A program made the position numbers and the translations under genes. A stretch of DNA of 64,000 bases, from contig NW_019029011.1 of NCBI RefSeq assembly GCF_002105155.1, forward strand, positions 310,001 through 374,000, written 5' to 3'. Every line of letters begins with the position of its first letter. Position 1 is the first letter of the stretch. The notes below the pieces were generated by a model. It made no database searches. It saw nothing but the letters and a program-made list of their open reading frames with translations, and was not told the origin of the DNA. Positions 23,785 through 37,210 of this stretch are shown here, piece after piece. Origin of the DNA: Lobosporangium transversale (taxonomy: Eukaryota).

Positions 23785-25974
23785 TCAAGATCCAACACCC
23801 ATATTAGCAACTAGTGGTGATGCGACTGACGTCGATGCGACACGATATCCTGGTAGCACATGTCCTGTTAACAGTTTAGCTTGATACCAACTAAACTCAG
23901 ACAAGGTAGTACGAGCAACTGCCTTACCCTGGAAAGATGTACTCGTGGCACTGGTAGTCATTATTTGTACATAATCACCCAGCTTAATAGGTACTCGACC
24001 TGCTGTCCTACTTTGAGCCGCCGGAGTTGATGATGATTCGATCGAAGGTAAGATCAAGTCATCATCAAAAACAACCTTGTATCCTCCATCTGCACGACCC
24101 ACCCAACGACTCTTATCTCGTTTGCTGCGTCCCTCAACCAACACACATTCTCCCGCGGAAAGCCCAACTCTAGCGCGGAGCCGGTTCTCGGCCCCCTTGT
24201 GGAAAATTTTGATGATATCCTGAAGTCTTCGGAGTTTGACATCCTCAGGAACATCGTCTTGGAGCCGACGAGCTGCGTGAGTAGGAGTGCGCAAGGAGTA
24301 AGCAAACATATATGCCATTTCGAATTCAACTCGTCTCATCAGATCCATTGTGTCTTCATGGTCAGTCTCAGTCTCGCCACAAAACCCAGTAATAAAATCA
24401 GACGACAATGCCACGCCTGGAACAATAGATCGAATGCTGTCTACAAGTTCAAGATAAGCTTCTCGTGAATAGCCTCTGCGCATCCTCGACAGAACTTCTG
24501 TTGAACCTGATTGAGCTGGCATATGAATTTGAGAGCAGATGTTGGGCCTTGATGCCATTAGATGAAGCAATGCTTCAGGGAAATCTTTTGGATGAGGAGA
24601 AGTGAAACGGATACGCATCTATAAGGAAAAAAAAAAAAAAATAGCAATAATGGATCAGCAATTTGACTAGTTATGTACATCAGTGACGTAGAAAATTGCT
24701 ATCCAAATATTCACGTACCTCAGGATCAACCAAGGACACACGATCAAGCAACTCTGTAAATCGCATCCCACCATCTTTTCGCTTGTAAATGGTCTTGAAA
24801 CCGGCATTGCTGAGTTCTGATCCGACTCCTATAGTCATACTCACACCATCTTCGCTTGTATCACGATAAGAATTGACGTTCTGTCCAAGAAGTGTCACCT
24901 CTTTGATTCCTTGGTCACTGAGCTGTCTCACCTCCTGAAGAATCGAATCTACTGCGCGACTTCGTTCATTGCCCCGTGTAAAAGGGACAACACAGAAAGA
25001 GCACATGTTGTTGCATCCACGCATGATGGAAAGATGAGCTGAAAAGCTTTCTGGAGCTATCCTGACAGGAACAATATCAGCATAAGTTTCGTCCGCTGAG
25101 AGCATAACGTTCGCCACGCCCTGTTGTGTGGTCTCGGAAATCGAAAGTAGATGAGGAATCGACCGATATGCGTCAGGACCGCACACCAGATCGACCATTT
25201 TGTCCGAGTCCAACAATTTGTCTTTAAGTCGCTCCGCCATGCACTATCATGCATCACGTAGAGAAGGAAAAAAAAAAAAAAAAAAAAAAAAAGGTCATAA
25301 GAATCGGCTGTATGACTGTATTTATACTGCTACTAAGGATTGTAACTCTGGTCAAGAACAAAATATATACTTACGCCTAATACACCCACTAAGGGTGCTT
25401 TATCTTTTGTTGCACGCAATTTCACCCGTTTAAGTTCTGTCAGACGGTTCCAGATACGAGATTCCGCATTCTCTCGGATAGCACAGGTGACAAGGAATAC
25501 AATATCTGCCTCGGACTGATCGGCCGCTTTGACATATCCAGCGCTGTTCATGATTGACATCAATATCTCAGTATCATTGACGTTCATTTGGCAACCATAG
25601 ACCTCAACAAAATATTTGGCTCCTTCGCCAAGCTTGCGTCCCTGCATAGAGAGATATGGCACATTCTCTGCAGAGACGTCGGCTTTCGGCGTGTTGGAAT
25701 CATGTGCTTTGATGGAGGATGAGTTCAAGAAATCTTGCAAAGAAGGGCCTCGATTACCAAAAATGAGATGTTGCTTCTTTTGTGCGACTTTGGTAGAGGG
25801 CGCCTTGGTTTTGACATCGCTAGAACTGGGACTGAAGTCGGTATTGGAAGATTTTCCAGGAATCACATTGGTAGTAGTAGCTAGGGTACGACTGTTAGTT
25901 AAAGCAACCGCCCATGGAATGGCACGCTTAGAAGCTCGTGTGGAGGTAGACAGTAGTGAGGATTGTAGCCGCAT
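23785..25974 (-). CDS. Mitochondrial tRNA methylthiotransferase, MiaB/CDK5RAP1 family (3 exons)
   Basis: [24 protein letters not shown], radical-[57 protein letters not shown]-like tail; targeting-peptide-like N-terminus. Confidence 0.95.
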
Positions 25975-26213
25975 GTGTGTCTACTTTCTGTTGTTATTAT
26001 TTACTTCTGTTTGTAATGAGCGTCTGGGTGTTCCTTGAATGGATGGCTCGGAGAATGTGGAAGCAGACAATAGATAGAACAAGGGGACGAGCATTTTTTT
26101 TTTTTTTTTTCGGACGTGGGACTGCTAAAAGAACAATACTAGTGGCTTACGAAAAAGAAGCATATTTATTTTTTATTTTCTAGTTCTGGTTGTTGCCGAA
26201 CAACTAAACTGAA

Positions 26214-26414
26214 ATGTCATCTACAGCTCGTGCGCCTCCACCACCACTCAAGCTTGAGGTCTTGGAAATCCAACCTTTGACAAATGCAGAGACCGTCTCA
26301 ATTCTACATAACTTTCTCTCCAATGGCACAGCAATCCATTCTGCTCCTACCAGCATCGCCCACCAAGTCACTCAAGTATATGAAAAGCTGCGCCTAGAAT
26401 CTAAACGCCACTAA
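26214..26414 (+). CDS. Small 66-aa protein, possibly RNA polymerase I A14-like
   Basis: Clean ATG-TAA ORF with AAAATG context, divergent from CDK5RAP1. Amphipathic helices (ETVSILHNFL, QVTQVYEKL); family assignment is only a resemblance. Confidence 0.5.
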   Translation: MSSTARAPPPPLKLEVLEIQPLTNAETVSILHNFLSNGTAIHSAPTSIAHQVTQVYEKLRLESKRH

Positions 26415-26924
26415 AAAGACAGGAAGAGGAACGGAAAGACCCATACGACAGTTAGTTTTTTTTTTTTTTTTTTCTTTTTTTTCTCGTAATTAAAGCGTTT
26501 AAAAAGAACTTGTCTTTTAAGCGGATCTCGACATCAATGAGGATATGCTTAACAAATTAATCAATTGAAAAATATTTATAGGCATTTATCTTTTTAATAT
26601 CTTAGGATCTTGCAGTAGTCCGCACCATCATTGCTTTTGCACCATTGTATACTAGACACTATTAAAGGGACTCTGCTTTTATTTTTAACCTCTTGAAATG
26701 AAATGTCGGACCAGGAGATTTAGTTATTCGTTGAATACATTTATTTATTAATTTGGTCTTGAAGCATCCAATTTAATGAAGAAAAAAAAAAAAAAAAAAA
26801 AAAAAAGCAAATACTGCGGGTATCATCCAAAAGTATGAAACAAAAGAATTGGTTGCAAATGAGATGAAAGAAGGATATGAAGAGTTTCTGGTGTATATGG
26901 ATGGGTGTTTCTAAATGCTTTTTT

Positions 26925-27104
26925 TTATGCCCCTCCTGTCACACCTGGTCGAAGGTGGGCACCTTGTTTTGCGGCCATCCAAGTGATGAATGCGCAAGTG
27001 AGGATGTAGCCTGAGAACTTGAAGAATGCTGAGCGTGAGATCTGAGCCTCCTCCTCTGGAGTCCTGAATGAAGAGAAGATACGACGTAGATTAGGAAGTG
27101 GCAT
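26925..27104 (-). CDS. 59-aa single-pass membrane microprotein (TOM5-like?)
   Basis: MPLPNLRRIFSSFRTPEEEAQISRSAFFKFSGYILTCAFITWMAAKQGAHLRPGVTGGA*; GC-richer island in an AT-rich spacer, GCCATG context; absent from the ORF track (<60 aa). Confidence 0.6.
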   Translation of the reverse strand: MPLPNLRRIFSSFRTPEEEAQISRSAFFKFSGYILTCAFITWMAAKQGAHLRPGVTGGA

Positions 27105-27223
27105 GGCTGGGTCTAATGCTTTTTAAGTTGTCAAGGCAGACATTAAACGAAAAGGAAAAAGAAATTTTGAAATGCAAATCACAAATTACTAATTAGTCAG
27201 GTGATAGTTTATTATTTTTATTT

Positions 27224-27256
<33 letters not shown>

Positions 27257-27312
27257 CCTCTCTTCTTGGTTCATTTGGCAAAACAACTCATCAACACAAG
27301 AGGTTATTCACA

Positions 27313-27899
27313 ATGGCGCAGAAGGTTATTAAAAAGTCAAACGTTACTAAAGACTCTATCAAGAAGCAGAACACAGGCGTCCTCAGAAAAGGAGGTTAGT
27401 TCGTTGGCTATTTCCTCAACCTGGAGCTCTGTGCATTCCATTTCACTTAGTCAAAAGATACTAATAAGGGAGGCCTGCTTTTTTTATGTCAACGACGTCT
27501 TTTACTGAAATAATCAAGCCAGGTCTTACGCGCCCAAGAGCAATGTTTTGATTAAGCAGAAAAGCACTCAGAAAGTAGGCACAATGATAAACATAGTTTT
27601 TTTGTTTGTTTGTTGTTTTTGTGATGATTATTTAACTGGATTTCTGTCAATAATATATTTTCTTTTTGTAGAAACTGACTGCTCAGATCAATAAGAACAT
27701 TGAGACCGTTATGGCCACACGGGCGGGTGCAACAGGAAAGCTGACCATCATGAAAAGTTTAGCTGATGCAGGATTGGCTGCTGAACGTAAGGCTGGAGGC
27801 AAAACAAAGGCTGGAGGTATGCCCAAAACTTCGACCGGAAAACCCGCCTCCAAAGCTCTCCCTACCAAAGCAAAGGCCAAAACTACCTCCAAAAAGTAA
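27313..27899 (+). CDS. Small basic DUF2462/UPF0390 (C19orf53-like) protein, 3 exons
   Basis: MAQKVIKK..LRKG|ARSYAPKSNVLIKQK..|KLTAQINKNIETVMATRA..GKLTIMK; Lys-rich tail. Confidence 0.75.
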
Positions 27900-28448
27900 C
27901 ACTTGCTATAGCGTCATATTTATCAAAATTTTGAGAACAATAACTGGGGAAACATCATGACCTGTGACGTACATAAAAAAAACATATACCCTCTTCTAGT
28001 TCTCTCACTCATCGCGCCTCTGGATATACGGCAACTGTAGACATTTAGTTTTTGGGAGAAAAAAAAGTTGCGCTTTAACTTTTTCGCTGAGGCTTCTGAT
28101 GCTCAACATACCGCATAGAGTTATTTATCTGCCTCTCTCTACAAATACATGACAATATAACAAACTACTGTAGATCCAACCTTGATTGTACATTACTATT
28201 ATTTAATTGCCTCCAATGTATATATATATCGGTGTTGATGATATGTCTCTCAGATTTTTTGCAGATGTCCGCATATCCCAATGCGTTTCTTATGTACTCC
28301 ATTAATACTTTTTCATTATTATTATTATTTATTTATTTATTTATTTAATCATTTAAAAAATGATTATTGCACAAAGAGTGATTGCCTTAAGCGAAATATA
28401 AAGCTCAAACACTAAATTAACGTAATATTAATGTGAATAAGGGAGGAC

Positions 28449-31400
28449 CTATTTCTTCTGGTTAGGATTGATACCACGGTAACGGTACGATCGCAAACGA
28501 AGACTGGAGAGAATGACACTGACGCTAGATGCAGCCATAGCTAAACCAGCCCAAGTTGGCCCAATCACTGCAGATCGGTTCCAAGGAACAAGAACACCTG
28601 CTGCAATAGGAATCATCACCACGTTGTACATAAAGGCCCACATGAAGTTGATCTGGATACGACGAACAGTAGTCTTGGCTAGGTCGCGCATAACCAACAG
28701 ATCAGTCAAAGTATCATGCAATAAAACGATCGACGCCGCCTCAATAGCAATATCCGTCGCAGAACCAACAGAGATGCCCAAGTTGGATTGAGCCAGAGCT
28801 GGCGAATCGTTGATACCATCCCCAACCATGGCTACGATTGCTGGGCGCAGTTGGCGATAGGTATCATCACTGCCTGCCATTGCTTGAGATTGTATAGGCG
28901 AGAGCTCAACGGATGGGTTCGACGATTGATGATGCTGAGACTTGAACAGTTTAGACCACTTGGATGTCGAAATCGAGCGACCTGTTTGCTGGAGCTGCCT
29001 CACCTTTGCAGCCTTGTCTTCTGGAAGGACGCCTGCAATTACTTTGTTGATACCGAGTTGACGCGCAATGGCCTGTGCAGTGACTGGATGGTCGCCAGTC
29101 AACATCCAAGTCTCAATGCCCTGGGACTCTAAGCCAGCAATGACCTCTGCAGCCTCTGGACGCGCCGTGTCAGCCACAGCCACTTGGGCAATGATCAAGG
29201 GAACATTGACGGTACCCAATTTAGTTGTATAGTTGCAATCAATGCACACACATAGCTCACACTTGCAAGTAGCATCAGTACCTTGGCTGGCGATGGTAGC
29301 AGCGTCAGTCGAGACGCGATCGGTCAAAACTTCGCTTGGGCCGCTGTTGTTCGCGGCAGGACTGATAGCGCAGAGAACTACAGACTTGCCTTCTGACTGC
29401 CAGCGACCCAGTTCAGCCCTACGATCGTCTGAAGCCACCTGAGTAGGATAATGTGCACCGTTCTCTTTCATCCATTTTTCATTGCCGATCAAGACGTTCA
29501 AGGCGCGGAATTGGCCATAACCATCTAAGGTAAGGTTATCTCCCAAAGTCACTGTGGCAGAAAGGCCGCGTCCAGGGACCTCACGAGTGTGGGAAACCTT
29601 GACATGGTTGAACTGCTTCTGCAGCGTGCGAGACTCATTCTCTTGATCTTCGTCTTCATCTGATGCATCCTCGATCGGAACGGCCGCTTGTTGATCAGAG
29701 CTCTTGTATAGCATCTCAGCAGCGCCTTTAGCAACAGCCAACGCGACAGGATGGTTGCTTCCGGCCTCAACCTTGCCTAGAATCTCGAGAATCATGCTTG
29801 ACTGGGTCCTATCGGCTGTAGGGACTATCCAGGAGTCGGTCATTTTAGGTTTACCGGTGGTCAGAGTTCCAGTCTTGTCAAATACGACAATATCTAGTCT
29901 CTTGGCCATTTCCAGTGCGAATCCACCGCCTTTGACGAGAATACCATACTTGGCTGCTATTCCGGTACCAACCATGACCGCTGTAGGAGAGGCGAGTCCA
30001 AGAGCGCAGGGACAGGCAATTACAAGGACTGCAACGGCATACAAAGTAGCGTAGATCCAATAACTCTCGCCTTCAGGGATCCAACCATCTGGAATAGCCC
30101 CAAGACTACCTGCAATCGCCCATCCAGCAAAGGTGAGAAGAGCCAATACAATGACGATAGGGACAAAAACACCAGAAATTTTGTCACCAAGGGCTTCGAT
30201 AGGTGCCTTAGGACTAGCTTGAGCATCTTGAACGAGTTGAATAATCCTAGAGAGAGTAGTATCCTTGCCAACCTTGGTAGCTTTGACCTGAATGACTGAA
30301 GAAAGATTGATCGATGCACTGATGAGCTTGCTTTTGCGCTCAGTCTTCTGGATAGGGAGCGATTCACCAGTGATCATAGCCTCGTCAACCATCGTATTCC
30401 CTTTCCAGAGGATCCCATCGCAAGGAATACGGCCACCAGCATTTACTAGAAGGATATCGCCAACTTGAATCAAGGCCGCAGGAATCTCTTCTAAAGATTC
30501 ATCTGCCTTGACAAGGGTAGCGGTCTCGGGTTGGAGATCCATAAGCTTGGTGATAGTCTCGGCAGTTTTTCCCTTGGCCATGGCTTCAAGCCACTTACCC
30601 AAGTTAATGAAAGTGACCAAAAAGACCGCGGTTTCGAAAAAGTCAACACCAGTGCTAGACATACCCATGCTCATGCCATCGCCAGAGTGATGCTTGTTGC
30701 CTCCTTTGGCCATGGCCGCGATAATGCTTCCCAAGCTGGCAAAGTACGCGACGCTTGTTCCCAGAGATACTAAAGTTTCCATGTTAGCAGTGCGGGTATA
30801 GCGGAGAGCACGGTAGGCTTTCTTATAGAACGGTTGTGCGAGCCAAAATTGGACAGGTGTAGCCAGGATAAACATGATAATATCTTGGATTCTGAGTCCT
30901 GAGATGACTTCTCTCATCAAGCTAACGCGAACAGAGTTTGACTTTGGGAGCATCATCATCATGACCATAGCGATGATAAACATCGGAACCGCAAAGACTA
31001 GTGAGAGCAGAAGACGTCGGCGGAGAAGGAGCTCCTCGCGCTTAATCTTTTCTTGAAGACCGTCCCTCCTTGTAACAGCATCATCCTCTGCTAATGCAAC
31101 ATCAAACCCAGTATCCTCAACTGCGCTTATCAAGTCGCGTACTCCAATCACAGTTGGGTCGTGCACGATCACACCCGATTTTGCCAGCAAGTTTACCTGA
31201 ACAGAACGGATGCCTTGTAGACTACCGAGAGAAGCTATGTGGTTGGAAAGTTATGTGAGCTTTTTATTTTTTTAAAAAAATAGTGATATTGTTCCTTGGA
31301 AATAATATCGAAAATGGATTCAAGAGTAGGAACTTACATTCAATAGCACTGACACAACTTGCACAGGTCATCCCAGAAATGTCCAAACGAGTGGTTGCGA

Positions 31401-32007
31401 AGGATGGAGCACCAGTATCCTCCTTGGTATTAGTAAAAATAGTTTGATCATCGTCTAAGACCTTTTCAATCTTGATATTGTCTGTCTCGAACCCGAGTTC
31501 ACGAATCTTGTCTGAAATGGCACTGTTGGCCATAAGGTTGGAAGGTTGGTCATGTGGGACTTGGTACTCGAACTGAGCTTGTCCGGTGGCGAGCGAGACT
31601 TTGACTGACAGTGGAATGACTCTTTGGAGAGACTTGAGAAGGGATTCAACCTTGGAACTGCAGGAAATGCAAAACATGCCCGAGATATGAAGAGACACCT
31701 TGTATGTACTTGTAGTATTGGATTTTGAAATTGGGATAGACGGGGAGTCGAGGTATTTGCAGGCAGTGACGTCGTACCCCGCATTTTCAATAGTTTCTGT
31801 GATCAATGTGAGTGGACAGAGATCGGGCGATGCTGTCAACGTAGCCGAGCCAACAAGCAGGTTGACTGCAACAGAATCTTTTTGAACACTAGGGAGTTGT
31901 TTGAGAGCAGTCTCGATGGCCTTGACACAGCTTGCGCATGTCATACCTTGAATGGAGATCGTGGCTTTGGCCAACCTAGTAGTAGATGATTCTGTGACGA
32001 TCTGCAT
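28449..32007 (-). CDS. P1B-type Cu(I)-transporting ATPase (CopA/CCC2/ATP7 family), one intron at ~31.24-31.34 kb
   Basis: Three HMA motifs (GMTCASC, GMFCISC, GMTCASC), TGES, ACPCALGL, DKTGTLT, HP, TGD, MVGDGINDSPAL, YN and MAASS. Confidence 0.96.
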
Positions 32008-32603
32008 CTTTGGATTGGTGTTGGCTTTAGATTAACTGTGTGAGATCTAATAAAATTAGTGGCTGAGTGTGTAAGGTTGAAGGCAGGAAGTAATAAGAGG
32101 TTGTTAACCGGATACTGGAGAAAAAAAAAAAGAAAAAAAAAGGGTAATTGAAGAAAGATTTATATATGATGCGATGTTACGCACGGATCAGGAGATAAAC
32201 AAAAAATAAAAGAAAATAAAAGCTGATTCATTCCACGAGGTATTTTGAGAATGTAGTAAAATCTCATTCCACAATTGTCTCATTCAATGTAACATCTTGG
32301 ACAAACGCAAAGACGGTCATTTCAGATAATCTGATTGGTTTATTTATTACCTCTTTACTCAGCAATGCTGTTTGTTACACAACTTGCCTGCTCCAAATTT
32401 GATTGCCACTAAAAGCGGCGCACATTTTATTGGCCACGGTATTGCCCTGATTTAATTTTTTTGGTAAGATCAGATCCTATTCCATTCTACTGCATCTATC
32501 ACATCCATTACATCCATCTCATCGATCAGCCCCACTAATTTCATTACATGCATTCAATCTTGTGTTGATTATACTTCAATCTCAAAAAAAAAAAAAAAAA
32601 AAA

Positions 32604-34427
32604 ATGACACCAGAATCCACTGCATCTATTTCCATCTCTCCCACCCAGGTCCCTGTTGGCCTGCTCACTTGCCAACATACCCCATATCTCCGGTCTTTTA
32701 CTACTTCCGTACTCTCTTGTTCTGAGAAGCCCAACAAGCAAAAGCTCTATGAAGTGCAGCTACAAGATACTAGTAATGTCATTAGCCATATCCATCTTCT
32801 TGGATCTTCCTATCAACAACATTTTTTTTTACTCTGTTATTAATCGAAGAAAACCTCTCGTTTGTGTACATGGCTATTGAAATACCTTCGACTCTCTTCC
32901 ATGCATACATTCAGTCCTCTTTCCAGAAGGCGGTGGCCAACCTTGCGATTACGGCACAATCAATGAAGATATTGAAGTCAAGAGCGTGCAACGTGTTGGA
33001 ACCAGTCATGTCCATCATACTACTGCGCCTATCGAGAAAGGTACTGAAGCTAGACTCGAAGTCGATTGGAAGAGACGATTTGACCATATGCAGCAACATT
33101 CCGGTCAACATCTGGTCAGTGCTCTGTTCGAGCAGCCTGAATACGGCTGTAATACTGTGGCATGGTAAAAAAAAGCTTTTTTGTTTACTATTTTGATCGA
33201 GTCGTAAAAAAAAATTGACATACAGAACAAACCCAATGCGCCAAAGACTATATCTTATCTGCCTGCTTATTTATTTATCGACATTGTTTTAATTAAACAT
33301 TTTGCCTTGATTGCCATAGGGGTATGAATGCCACAAGGTGCCACGTTGAGCTTGACAAAACGCCAACTTTGGAACAAATCCAGGAGGTTGAAGAACGACT
33401 GAACCTTTACATTCGGCGTGACTATCCCATTCACATCACTTTTACAGATGAAAGGCCACCCACCTTACCAAAGGGTAAGTTTTTTTTTTTTATTTTTTTT
33501 TTTTTTTATATATAATAAAAAAACTACATATACATTATATTGCATCGAATACTTCTATAGCTAATATGTATCCTGCCACATTCTTCATTAGACTATGTGG
33601 GACCAAACGGTGTGTTCCGGGTGGCGGAAATTATGGAAGATTTGGACGTCATTGCTGCGGAGCAAAACCCTCATATAGTCAAAGAACAGGAACAGGAGGG
33701 AGCATTCTCTAAAACTAAGAAACGTAACCTTGTCCGTCTAGACTACAACCCTTGTTGCGGAACACATGTCAAATCACTCAAGGACCTGCAATGTATCAAA
33801 ATTCTTCACCAGGAAAAGATCCGTGGTGCCAATTGTCGCCTATTCTTTGTCGTAGGTCAACGTGCTCTCGCTCTCTTACAGGAGACCTACCAGCTCACTC
33901 GAGACTTGGCAGGCGTTCTCTCTGCGCCAGGCGGACCCGAGACTTACGTTGATACTGTAGTCAGGACACAGAAACAAAGTCGTGATGGATTTAAATTGGT
34001 TAAGAGCCTGTTCAAGGAGATTGCTGGTTACTTAATTCGAGACTGGATCCAGGAACTCAATGAAAAGAGTCCTGTCGCTGCTGATGTTGACGGCTCATCA
34101 TTCGCACCTGCACATTTGATCAAATACCATCGTGAGGATGCTGATATGGATTTTCTAATCCTTTTGGCCTCCCTTCTCAAAGACAATGACCTGATCAAGG
34201 GCCAGCGCATTTTTATTTTCTCAGCAGGTGAAAAGAAGGAAGGAGGACCTATGCTCATTACTGGCCAGAACGAAGAGCTGGTGAAAAGAATCGCCGCAGA
34301 AGTCAGTAAATTTGTTGAGGTCAAAGGTGGTGGAAAGGGAAGATGGCAGGGTAAGAGCAAGTCCTGGAAGGGTTTGGAGGCTGCTCATGCTGCCGCAGTA
34401 AATATGATTCGCAACGAAACTGCTTAA
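32604..34427 (+). CDS. Free-standing alanyl-tRNA editing protein (AlaX/AARSD1-like), 4 exons
   Basis: LFPEGGGQPCDYG, RRFDHMQQHSGQHLVSA (HxxxH), PCCGTHV (CxxxH), C-terminal KGGGKGRWQGK. Confidence 0.9.
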
Positions 34428-34582
34428 TAAATTTTTCGTCATTTGTCAATAACATCAAGGACTTTGAGAATATATTTCTATGTATTTTATATTGATTTGT
34501 ATCTAACGAGTCAGCTCTACTAATAAGGAAAAAAGGGCAAAAGGCAAAAAAGAGAATAGGGTAGGATGATCAAGTGATATCC

Positions 34583-36033
34583 TTAAAACTTCATTGCACG
34601 TTCAATGCCTTCGGCGCAACGGATCATGTCGGGGACGTGGAACTTTTCGAAAATTAAAGGGAAAGGAGTATCATAGGAGCAGAGTCTTTGAATGGGGGCT
34701 TCCAGACGCAAAAAGCATCTATTGATTTATTGGTTGGGAGATTAAAATATGTAAAGACGAAGAACAGCGCTGTTAGATTTAGATTGCCATTGCATGTCAA
34801 TTAAGATGATAATATTTACTAAATCTTTTTTTTACCTCTCCATAACAGTTGTGGCGATTTCGGCGGCAAAGCCTTGTGTCTTGGGAGCCTCGTGAGCAAT
34901 TAGGAGACGTCCTGTTTTGTTAACAGAGTTGCAGACAGTCTCTACATCCCATGGCAAAATCGAACGGAGATCGATCAATTCAACAGACAGACCTGGCATC
35001 TTCTTCTGAGCAAGCTGGATGGCATTTTCAAGAACATAGAGCTGAGCTCCCCATCCAACAACAGTCAAGTCCTTGCCCTGAGTTAGAATCTCTGCCTTGC
35101 CCAATGGTAGCTCATAGTCACCTACTGGAACCATTTCAACTACATTTTTTTTTTAAACAAAGAACAAGAGTTTATGCGGATTAGAACTATATTCTAATTA
35201 ATGTATGAGAATAGAGCTGTTCTTTTCTCCTTTCTTTTTTTTTTATAGTTGTTTTTTTTACCTGCGGCACGGTAAAGGATCTTGGGCTCCATGAAAATGA
35301 CAGGGTTACGATCGCGGACTGATGCAAGAAGTAAGCCCTTAGCCTGGATGGGACTGCGAGGGATCACAACTTTAAGACCAGGAGTGTGAGCAAAGTATGC
35401 TTCAGGGCTCTGAGAGTGGTAATGACCACCGTGTCCAACTGCACCACAGGGCGTACGGATGCACAACCCACCAACGTCGAACTCTCCACCAGAGCGGTAG
35501 CGATACTTAGCAGCTTCATTTACCAACTTGGTAATACAAATAAAACAAACAAAGCAACCACATTAAAAAGTTAAAACATTTGTACTTAGCTATCAAGGGG
35601 AGAACTGCAGCCATATAACCACGTTCGCTTACCTGGTCAAAGGCAGGGAAGATATAATCAGCAAACTGGATCTCAGCAATGGCGGTCGAACCCATAGCAG
35701 CCATACCGATACCAAAACCAGCAATACCCTGTTCAGACAGAGGAGTATTAAAAACCCTGTCGCGGCCTGAGTGGTTCGTTCCCATGGATGAGGCAACAGA
35801 AGATATACATTTATAAGTCCATGAATCGCAAGAGCCATTTGGGTAAATGTCGAGAATGAACTAATAAACTGAGAGAAAAACATACCAAACATTTCTGCTA
35901 AGCCCATGGTGCAACGGAACACACCGCCAAAGGCCACATCTTCTCCAAAGACGCAGGCAGTGTCATCAGTAGCCAAAGCAATGCTCATGGCATCATTAAT
36001 AGCCTGGAACGTATTCATTTTCTTGGTTTCCCC

Positions 36034-36071
<38 letters not shown>

Positions 36072-36482
36072 GAAAAGAAATGAAAAGCTATGTGTTAGTT
36101 CAAGGAGAGTAAGTTGAAATAAAATATTGTAGCCAGTATATCATACCATTGGCGACGCCAGCCAGCTCTGGATTCCTAAGAGCCTCGTGGTGTGTATTCC
36201 TGATGAATTTGGAATTGGCAACTCCAGGCATAAATCCTTCTGGAGGTGGAGGCGAGTTGGTAGCAGCATATTGGCTCTTTAATGCAGTGTGAAAGTGCTA
36301 ATAATTGATTTGAAGTGATGTGTAAGAATATTGTCATGATTGCAACTTCAGCTGATGAAAAAAAGATGGTAGGTTTCTCATTGCTTTCATACCTTGATAG
36401 GCACCTGTTGTTTCAACATACTCCTAGAAACTGAAGCGAGTGAGGCGGCCAAATAGGACGTTCTCAAAGTAGCGATAGACAT
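34583..36482 (-). CDS. BCKDHB: Branched-chain 2-oxoacid dehydrogenase E1 beta subunit (multi-exon)
   Basis: [91 protein letters not shown]. Confidence 0.95.
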
Positions 36483-36925
36483 GATGAATTGCAAGTGACA
36501 ATATTAAGAGTGGGGTGGTGTGGGGTGGTGTGGTGTGGTGTAGACAGTAAGCGTGAATGTGTATGTGAATACGAATATGAGAGTGTAAAAGTATAAAATG
36601 CAAATGAGAAATGTAAAGTGAGATGAGGATGAGGAGGTAGCCAGGATGTAGAGTGGAGATGATGTAGAGTGGAGAAACAAGGCAGAGGAGAAAGAGTAAA
36701 AGGGGGAGGGTGGGAAGAAAATAGACACACAGGCGGGCCTTCAATTGAGGAGCGTGGGAAGAAATATGCAAATAGGCAGAGACGGAAGAATCCTTTCCTC
36801 TTGGAATTAACTGTGGAAGAAACAGAACCCTTAAAAAACCCTAAAAGTCAGCTGATGTGCTAAGCATTGGGCTCCTGTATAAACAATACAAAACAAACAA
36901 ACAAAAAAGCTGCTCCAAATATCAT

Positions 36926-37210
36926 TTATACCTGCGCTTGCTTGTGGCCCTGGCGCTAGTACTGGTACTTTTCCTTGCACCCTTTTTGCTACACGCACTC
37001 AAACTACTGACCCCAAGTACTCATGCCTGTCAACCAGGTGAACGTAGACGCCTTTTGCTTCATGATCTATCCTCAAACGGCATTCATAATAATTTGTGCA
37101 GCAAGCATGTCGCAATGAGGGCGGTTCAGGCAGCTCGGTACGGCCGACGAAATTGCGGCAGATAGTGTGCTTTTTTGAGCTACAGCGCAAAATCGTCCAA
37201 GGAAGCGTGC
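36926..37210 (-). pseudogene. Decayed 3' exon of a probable Fanzor/TnpB-like RuvC nuclease
   Basis: After a TTAG acceptor: ARFLG, then (frameshifted) SSKKHTICRNFVGRTE, then HCDMLAAQIIMNAV*G*IMKQK and YVHLVD. This follows the order of the (TSxxCxxC) zinc finger and RuvC-III (xRDxxAAxN) of TnpB/Fanzor. Multiple stops and deletions. Confidence 0.55.
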
